Shown here in pieces: positions 54,430 through 64,000 of a stretch of 64,000 bases of DNA. A program made the translations under genes and the position numbers. A model generated the notes under the pieces. It was not told the DNA's origin. It made no database searches and saw only the letters and a list, made by a program, of their open reading frames with translations. The stretch is from positions 76,942,001 to 77,006,000 of the forward strand of contig OZ024740.1 of NCBI GenBank assembly GCA_964016885.1, read 5' to 3'. The stretch's first letter is position 1. Every line of letters begins with the position of its first letter. Origin of the DNA: Eledone cirrhosa (lineage: Eukaryota).

Positions 54430-54431
<2 letters not shown>
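54232..54431 (+). mobile_element. Family B fold-back element with hammerheads on both strands (54296-54348 plus; 54245-54295 minus)
   Basis: gagattc-CTGATGA-tttctaaagaat-GAAA-cagttctagtcct-GTA-gaatctc; 70-bp tail ending ccggaataacgt+(AT)n. Confidence 0.87.
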
Positions 54432-54476
<45 letters not shown>

Positions 54477-54539
54477 TATAGAAATGTATACAAATCTAAA
54501 TGATATATAAACAATTTGTTTAATATATCAATTTGAGAA

Positions 54540-54583
<44 letters not shown>

Positions 54584-54586
<3 letters not shown>

Positions 54587-54668
54587 GGTGTCCCCAAAAA
54601 TGTATACACACTTCAACAGCATTCTAATAAATATTGCCTGTATTGTGTATGCATTTTGGGGAACACCC

Positions 54669-54670
<2 letters not shown>
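54584..54670. mobile_element. Tc1/mariner-type MITE (~87 bp)
   Basis: TIRs cagggtgtccccaaaaatgtatacac / gtgtatgcattttggggaacaccct; in a TA tract. Confidence 0.75.
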
Positions 54671-54755
<85 letters not shown>

Positions 54756-54844
54756 GGTAAACAGAATAAAAACACAATCGGTACTGTATATGGAAGGGCT
54801 ATATTAGATTAACGCTTGATATAGCAGGAAGAGGGTCACGACTC

Positions 54845-55224
<380 letters not shown>

Positions 55225-55719
55225 CGGTATGACGTAAATTGTCATATAACTGTTGAAAAATGTAAGACTTTTTCTGACCGCAAATTTCGTCTTTTTAGAA
55301 GATTGTTGTTAGAAGTCTAAACAAAGTAGTTGAGTTAAGAAGCATTTGGACAGGAACCTCTATGCGATGTTTCGACCTCATATAGTAGACATAATCCCTC
55401 ACATTACATTACTATAGATCAGACATAACTATAGAGTACATATAACTATAGACCTCATATAGTAGACAGAATCACTCACATTACATTACTATAGATCAGA
55501 CATAACTATAGAGTACATATAACTATAGAATCCCTCACATCACAGCATACCTTTTTATAAAACAGATGGTCACAATTGAAAAATATCATTGTGCTAAAGA
55601 GCAACAACAAAACTCCATTAACCTTCTAGAAATTGCAGCCAATTTCCCTCATATCTAACACAAATGTCTTAGGAATGAATAGGCCCATTGAACAATTTCA
55701 TAGATAGAGTCCGAGATAA

Positions 55720-55872
55720 AGACGAGATAATCACAAAGACGGGATAGTCACAAAGAGGAGATAATCACAAAGACGAGATAATCACAAAGACGAGATAATC
55801 ACAAAGACGAGATGATCACAAAGACGAGATGATCACAAAGACGGGATAATCACAAAGACGGGATGATCACAA
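55720..55872. repeat. 17-bp tandem repeat cacaaagacgagataat
   Basis: About nine units by direct reading. Confidence 0.9.
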
Positions 55873-56373
55873 CAGGAACGTCTTTGTACATAGTCCTGCT
55901 CCATCAAGACCGACCTGCAAAAACATAAACAACAAAAGGCAACATTTCACTCCTCTTCAACAACCATCCTGCCAAATATTCTATGAAAACATACTCTCGG
56001 TAAATAATTGTGTTCCACACGCCATTTAGTTTTTCTCTGTGAGGTTTGTGAGTAGTGTTATGGTTCAGAGTAATGGTCTGGCTCTGTGTTATCAGCTGGA
56101 GAGAGTAATGTGTGTGGTTTGCTAATGTCAAAAATGTGCGTTTAAGAAAATGGTGTGTTTGTATGGTACTGCTTCGCTTAGAAATTTGATGGACTTTAAC
56201 GCATATTCTTAATAATTCTTAACACTGCGCTCGTATGGGGAGAAAACTACCAAACATAAAGCTTGTAACAGTCTCAAGTATTTTAACATAATTGCATGCA
56301 ATTAAGGAAAAATTATTTACATTTAAATTCTTTATCACTCATTTTCTCTTTCTCGCTTTCTCTACCCCCACCC

Positions 56374-56416
<43 letters not shown>

Positions 56417-56419
56417 AAT

Positions 56420-56765
56420 ATATATTAGGAAAATAACAAGGAACAAACCAAGGAGAGAGAGAGAAAAAAAGATAAACGAAAATGTGAATTCTTTTATGTT
56501 TGTAAACTATATTCTCTTATACCCTCTTCTTATTAATATGCACCTTCATTTTATTATACCCTTTTTAATCATATTTCCTGTAGTATGAAGAAGCCTAAAC
56601 AACTTTTGACTGAAACTGGTACGATTAATTGCTTTTTTTTTTTTTTTTAATAAATGTTTTGCTGTTATTCTATGAGAAAATCCCATTAGCATTTTCTGCT
56701 GTTTTTCTTATTTTTCTAATATATATCAACTCGTGTGTCACTTCTCAACATTCTAAATATAATAT
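56420..56765 (+). mobile_element. Old fold-back element with eroded hammerhead
   Basis: atatattaggaaaataa / ttatttttctaatatat arms; aTGAAGA-agcc..tgact-GAAAC-tg-GTA near 56585-56622; AATAAA downstream. Confidence 0.45.
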
Positions 56766-57215
56766 ATATATATGTATATAATACTATATTTTGTATACAT
56801 CATGCATAGCTGACTTCTGTCTTCATCAACTCTCGACAGATCAGTATGATTTCGTGTCCCTATCCTAATTCATTACACCCCGTAAAGAATTACCAGGGAG
56901 TGGCTTAAAATTGGGCTTGTTAATTCAAATGTTTATAGTGTCTTTAACTTTGCCATATTAGAGTAGAGACTTTAAGTTTTAACGTGATCCTATCATAGTG
57001 TTGTACTTTTCAAGAATATCTAACTAGTGCGGTGTTATGGGCTACACAACATTAAGAGTTAATCATGAGGAATATCTGAATGGTTAGTAAATGAACTAGA
57101 TCAGCATAGTCGCCCCATCTGCTAAAAATAGAAGAGAAATATCTTTCATATCGTGCCTGTATCACGTTAAAAAAAGAAAAGAGTATATTGGATAATATAG
57201 TCATTGATGCTATAT

Positions 57216-57552
57216 GGTGAAGGCGCATGGTTTGGTGCTTAGAGTGTGGGACTTACAATCATGAGATTGTGAGTTTAATTCTTGGACCGGGCTTTGCGTT
57301 GTGTTCTTGAGCAAGACACTTTATCTCATGTTGCTCCAGTTTACTCGGCTGTAAAAATGAGTTGCGACGTCACGGTGCCAAATTGTATCGTCCTTTCCCT
57401 TGGACAACATCGGTGACGTGGAGAGGGGAGACTGATATGTACGGGCGACTGTTGGTCTTCCACGAACAACCTTGCCCGGACTTGTGCCTTGGAGGGGGCA
57501 ACTTTCTAGGCACAAATCCCATTGTCATTCATGACCGAAGGGATCTTTACCC
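57216..57552 (+). mobile_element. tRNA-headed CORE-like SINE
   Basis: tgtgttcttgagcaagacacttt..ctgtaaaaatgag central domain after A/B-box-like head. Confidence 0.65.
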
Positions 57553-57679
57553 GATGCTATATGTCTGAATATACCAGGAATAGAGTCATCGTGACCGAAA
57601 CATCTTTAATCATTTAGTCATATATCGGCTCAGCAGGGCTGATTTTGAGCTAATCAACTACAACTAACATCAACAGAAA

Positions 57680-58222
57680 TTATAGATCCGACATAACTAC
57701 ATATCATATATAACTATGGGCCACATATAACTATAGACCACATATGACTATAGGTCATATATAACTATAGACCACATTTAACTATGGGCCACATAACTAT
57801 GGACCACATATAATTATAGGCTATATATTACTATAGATCAGACATAACTATAGATCAGACATAACATATAAGTATAGGCCACATAAAACTATAGTTCACA
57901 TATAACTACAGGCCACATATATCTATATATCACGTAAAACTATAGACCACATATAAATATGGACCACATATAACTATAGATTATATATAACCAGAGACCA
58001 TATATAACTATAGGCTAGATATTACTATAGACCACATATACCTGTAAATCACATAGAACTATAGGCTGCATATAACTATAGATTATTTATAACTTGCAGC
58101 CACGTATAATTATAGGCAATATATAATTATGGCCACATATAACTAAAGGCCACATATAACTATAGACCATATATAACTATAGGCTGTACATTACTATAGA
58201 CTACATATCACTATAAACTATA
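57680..58222. repeat. ~17-bp degenerate minisatellite gaccacatataactata; related tract at 55375-55530
   Basis: Direct reading. Confidence 0.85.
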
Positions 58223-59292
58223 TAGTGATGACCTTCTAGAAACAACCCCTAAATCATACCTTGGCAATCTTGCAAATAAGAAGGGATACATTGAATAATA
58301 TGCCTCTATATTCATTCTATGAACTGTTGACGCAGGCATGGCTGTGTGGTTATGAATTTCGCTTCTCAAGCATGAGGTTCCGAGTTTGATTCCACTATGT
58401 GGCATATTACCATGTATCGACCAATGAGCCGTCAGTGATATTTGGTAGACAGAAACTGTGTTGAAGCCCGTCGGATCAATTGCACCTGTAATTCAAAGAT
58501 TCAAATTTGTTAAACTGTCTCATGTTGAACTGGCATGATAATACCGTTAATATCTGTGGAATACTCAACCATGTGTATGTTAATTTAAAGAATCAAATGA
58601 TCAGTTGGTTGAAAAATTGAATGTTCATCGCCGAAAGTGATGGAGGTTTCATGAATATAATTATCCCCATCGCCATCATGATCTTTATTATCATCATTAC
58701 TAACATCATCATCTTTACCATCATGGTTGCCCATCTAATCATAAGACTCGATGTTTGTGGCTTGAACGACTTTGATCATAGGTCTGCTTAATTGAGCTGT
58801 ACCGGGTGTTAAAGAACAACTACAACATCTAGAGGGTATTAAGGGGATTTTATTAATATATGAAATATTTCAAGAACCACGTCGAAATTTACCAAGCCAG
58901 TGGGGTTGGGTAATTTTATAAAAGAATGCAAGATCTCTTTCAGGCCCCATTGTTAAAACTTGAATGCTAGTTTTCAATATCTGCAAACATATTTCTGAAA
59001 TACAAGGAAAATGCAGTGCCTGGGTATTATGCACCTCTCATAAGTCATGGGCGTGGTTGTCTTAAAGACGAGATGTTACTTCAACGAAGAAATATGCTAA
59101 CATCATAACCATTCGAAGTTGTTTAAGTATAAGGCGTGGTCTCTCACAACAAACAACCCGGGTCTCTGAACATAACAACAGAAATAAGAATAGAGAATAC
59201 ACTCAAGAAAGGGCGTGTACAAAAAAAAAACATATGCGCATATACACCTACACGCTTACACACATGTCCACTCTCGTAGACATACATACATG

Positions 59293-59324
<32 letters not shown>

Positions 59325-59478
59325 CATGTGTGTGTGTGAGAGCGTGTGCGTGTGTGTGTGTGTGTGTTTAAATCATGTATACACCTTTTTGTAGAGAATC
59401 TAATGCATACAAATTTACATAAAAACATATACATTTACATATGTATATATGCATGCACGTATGTATGCATGTGTGTGA

Positions 59479-59541
<63 letters not shown>

Positions 59542-59687
59542 AAACACACACACATACACACACACATACACATACACACATACACACATACACACACATA
59601 TATATATATATGTGTATGTATGTATGTGTATGTGTGTGTTTGTGTGTGTGTATACATATATAAACATACGCACACAGACACTCCCCC

Positions 59688-59746
<59 letters not shown>

Positions 59747-60036
59747 CATACATACATACATGTAGTATTTATATATAGTATTTTTATCCTCTTTGTAAAT
59801 TGAAACTTTAGCATACACACACACAAGCACAAACACACTCCCACTGTCGCTCTGTCTAATACACACTTACACAGACATACACATGCATATATAGCCTATA
59901 TATACATGTATATGAGTATACATGTGTGTCTGTGTGTACATTTGTGTGCATATCTGTGCATCTGTGTGCATGACTGTGCATATGTGTACATGTGTGTGTG
60001 TATGTGTATGTATATGTGTATGTGAGTGTATGTGCG

Positions 60037-60124
<88 letters not shown>

Positions 60125-60477
60125 CAGATACGTGCGAGACCAAGAAAATGAAGAACTGGGTACAATAAATGAAGCAAAACAAACATTGAAACTCCCCTCG
60201 TAGTCAGCCTATGGATGGTTCATTGCGATTTCGAAATTCACATGTATATATATATATATATATGCATGTATAAAGGAGTCTTTATTAAGCCTGTTTCATG
60301 TGGCGTTATGTGATACAGAGTACCAGAAACCGACAGGATGGGGTACCAGTTTAAAGCAAGGTTGATAGTACTCATCTTCAGCAGAAAGAACTAGGGCAAC
60401 ACACAGACACGGAACCACACACACATAATTGCACGCACACAATTACACGCACACACATGCATAATTTATATAGATAG

Positions 60478-60530
<53 letters not shown>

Positions 60531-60532
<2 letters not shown>

Positions 60533-61918
60533 TATTTCTTTATTAGCCACAGGGGCACAAAAGAAGGGGACAAATACAAAGGGGGAAGTTTACATACAAT
60601 AAAAACGTGTAAAATGTTATCACAGATGGAATTTAAAAGTTAGTCGATTTTCCCCAATAGAGGAAGACAGTTTATATGGGTAACACATACCCCCGAAAAA
60701 AAATGTGCAACCCTCATCTCCAGGAGTACGAAGAGCTTGTACTCCTTTCCTCTCCTCCTCCTTTTCCTCAACCTACAGGCTGATATAGAGAGAAGGCCCA
60801 TTCACTCGGGCCATTCTCGCCACTTTCACCCACCTTTCATAAAACTTGCTGGGGTACAGCACCTCTCCCTCCATCCTGATTCTTCTTCCAAAGTGGTATT
60901 TGAAAAAACGAATCAGTTGTTGGCCGGAGAGAAAGGTGTCTGACCTCAGCCCTTTCAACCTTGTCCACCATACAACTCTTTCGCCATAGCTATCACACAA
61001 AGGAAAACCGCCTCTCCTTCGTTTTTGAAGGAGGGTGGCGGTTTGATCATGACAATGGACTCGGTGGTCAACTGGATTGGTCCCACCCGCGACAATAGTC
61101 GTTCTACATAGCCCCACAGGTCAGTGACGCCCGGGCAGTGTATGAATGCGTGCGCGACGGTTTCTTCGTCTCGCACGCACCTCGGACAGATCTTTTTTGC
61201 AGGGTCCCTGCCCGGGCGCCCATGTCTGTAGAGCTTGTCTCGAACTGGTAGAGCTCCTCGGTAGCACTGCCAGGCCAGGGACTTTTGGAAGTTGTCCATC
61301 GGTCCCGGGCGGAAGGTCCTACCGAACAGACTGGCCAGTTCATCTTCCTCTACGCCTAGAGTTTCACCGAGCGCGTCGTCGCACTTGCTGCAGACCAACC
61401 CTCTATAGAATGACGAAGTGGAGTCTCCACTGATCGCCGGGTCCGCCTGCCAGAGGGCTGTGAGCGCCTGAGCACATTCGATGTACCAGTCGCCCATTTT
61501 CCTCGGTCTTTGCTTGACCCAGGATAGATAGATAGATAGTTATATAGATAGATTTCTTTATTAGCCACAAGGGCGCAACAAGAAAAGGGGACAATACAAA
61601 GACATGCCGGGGATTTTACATACAGTCGTGTATAAAATATAAAAACAAACAATTACAACAATCGAAATCCCCAATAGGGGGGAGGCGTCACAAATGGGTT
61701 GTTTAATACCCCGTCGATAGAACAACCCTCAACTCCAGGAGCGTGTTGTGCAAGTGCTCCTTTCTTCCTTTTGCTCTCTTCCTCAACCTAGAGGCTTATA
61801 AACAGAGAAGGCCCAATCACTCGGGCCATTTTCGCTTCATTCACACACCTTTCAGTAAATTTACTGGGGTGCAGTGCCTCTCTTTCCACCCTGATTCTCC
61901 TTCTAAAGTGATATATAT

Positions 61919-61986
<68 letters not shown>

Positions 61987-64000
61987 TTATATAGATAGAT
62001 AGTTATATAGATATCTTTCTTTATTTGCCACAGGGGCGTACAAAAATGGGACATTACAATACGTGACGGCGGGGGTTTTACATGATAAATAATAATAAAC
62101 GATATAAAAATAAAACAATTGAAATCCTCATTAGGTTGGGTAACGTTACTGCGGGGTTGTTTTACACCCTGTGGATAGAACATCCCTCAACACCAGGAAC
62201 ACGTTTTGTAGGTGTTCCGGTCTTCCTTCTGTTTATCTTCCTCAACCTACAGGTTTATATACAGAGAAGGCCCATTCATCCGGGCCATTTTCGCCACATT
62301 CACCCACTTTTCAGCGAATTTACTGGGGTGTAGCACCTCTCTCTCCACTCTTACCTTCCTTCTGAAGTGGTACTTAAAGAAGGGGATGAGTTGTTGTCCG
62401 ATAGATGGATAGATAAATTTATTTATTATCCACAAGGGCACAAAAGAAGGGGACAAATACAAATGGGGAGTTTACATGCAGGTATATGAAAGATAGATAA
62501 ATTTCTTTATTAGGCACAAGGGCACAAAAGAAGGGGACAAATACAAATGGGGAGTTTACATACAGGTATATGAAAATAAAACTATTAATAAAATAACAAA
62601 TAACAATTCATATCCCCAATAGGGGGGAGGTGTTACACAGGGGTTGTAGACACCCCGAAAAAATGTACAACCCTCATCTTCAGGAGCACCAAGAGCGAGT
62701 ACTCCCTTTCTCTCTTCCTCTTTTTCCTCAACCTACAGTCTTATATAGATAGAAGGCCCAAACACTCGGGCCATCTTTGCCACATTCACCCACCTTTTAT
62801 AAAATTTGCTGGGGTACAGCACCTCTCTCTCTCCATCCTGATTCTTCTTCCAAAATGATATTTGAAAAAACGAATCAGTTGCTCGCCGGAGAGAGGGGTG
62901 TCTGACCTCAGCCCTTTTAACCTCGTCCACCATATAACCTCTTTCACCATAGCCATAACACATAGGAAAACCGCCTCTCCCTCGTTTTTCAAGGAGGGTG
63001 GCGGTTTGATCATGACAATGGACTCGATGGTCAACTGTCCCACCCGCGACAATAGTCGTTCTACATAGCCCCACAGGTCGGTAACGCCCGGGCAGTATAC
63101 AAATGCATGCGTGGCGGTTTCCTCGAGATAGATAGATATGTTTCTTTATTAGCCACAGGGGCACAAAAGAAGGGGACAAATACAAAGGGGGAAGTTTACA
63201 TACAATAAAAACGTGTAAAATATTATCAAAAATGTAATTTAAAAATTAGTCGATTTTCCCCAATAGGGGGAGACATTTCATATGGGTAACACATACCCCC
63301 GAAATAAAATGTGCAACCCTCATCTCCAGATAGATAGATAACTTTCTATTTATTTGCCACCAGGACATCAAATATTGGGACAAATACAAGAGGGGGAGTT
63401 TACATACATTTCAAGGGACGTGTAAAAACATATAACAAATCAAATTCAACAATCGAAGTCCTCAATAGGGAGGGGGCGTTGACGTGGGTCGCACACACCC
63501 CCGAAATAATGTGCAACCCTCCTCCCCCGAAGCACAAAGAGCGGGTGCTCCCTTCCTCTCCTCCTTCCTCTCCTCTCTCACCTACAGGCTGATATAGAGA
63601 GAAGGCCCATTCACTCGGGCCATTCGCGCCACTTTCACCCACCTTTCATAAAACTTGCTGGGGTAGAGCACCTCTCTCTCCATTCTGATCCTTCTTCTAA
63701 AATGGTACTTGAAAAAAAGGACCAGTTGTTGGCCGGAGAGAAAAGTGTCTGACCTCAGCCCTTCCAACCTCGTCCACCATACAACCTCTTTCGCCATAGC
63801 TATCACACAGAGGAAAACCGCCTCTCCTTCGTTTTTGAATGGGGAGGCGGTTTGATCGTGACAATGTACTCGGTGGTCAACCGGATTGGTCCCACCCGCA
63901 ATAGTAGTCATTCCATATAGCCCCACAGGTCAGCAACGCCAGGGCAGTGTACGAATGCGTGCGCGACGGTTTCCTCGTCACGCACGCATCTTGGACAGAT
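60531..64000 (-). mobile_element. Head-to-tail stack of seven 5'-truncated Tx1-like LINE 3' ends separated by (GATA)n
   Basis: Units at about 60531-61522, 61550-61911, 62012-62400, 62415-62490, 62499-63125, 63139-63328 and 63341 to the window end. Longer units retain the ORF2 end (MAR(V/M)xGPSL/I). Confidence 0.92.

Noticed and set aside
52530-54480. (TA)n-separated unique blocks as a CRISPR-like repeat-spacer system
   Set aside because: The blocks are recurring mobile families with hairpin and ribozyme structure, and the separators are variable-length microsatellites.

Overview
Eukaryotic, AT-rich, microsatellite-saturated intergenic or intronic DNA. It is most likely from an octopus or other coleoid cephalopod, inferred from the tRNA-headed Nin-domain-like SINEs and the extreme (TA)n/(CA)n load. 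No intact host gene is recognisable, and most ORFs in the track are microsatellite artefacts. Recognisable mobile elements are: a decayed Buster/Charlie hAT with a nested MULE-like insert; RTE fragments and a bipartite non-autonomous RTE; a near full-length Tx1/L1-clade LINE plus a head-to-tail stack of seven 3' ends of it in (GATA)n; a 5'-inverted CRE-like LINE; a Penelope GIY-YIG fragment; several MITEs; and many SINEs. The main signal lies between the (TA)n tracts: at least ten families of mostly 100-550 bp non-coding fold-back elements carrying type I hammerhead ribozyme motifs. I read 12 motifs with complete cores by eye, plus degenerate and half copies. They share one grammar: palindromic stem III, a poly(A) signal just after the cleavage site, a unique 3' tail, and an inverted arm apparently rebuilt at each insertion. 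They look like Penelope pLTR-derived or retrozyme-like ribozyme retroelements targeted to microsatellites. All calls were made by eye, without database searches or folding software.
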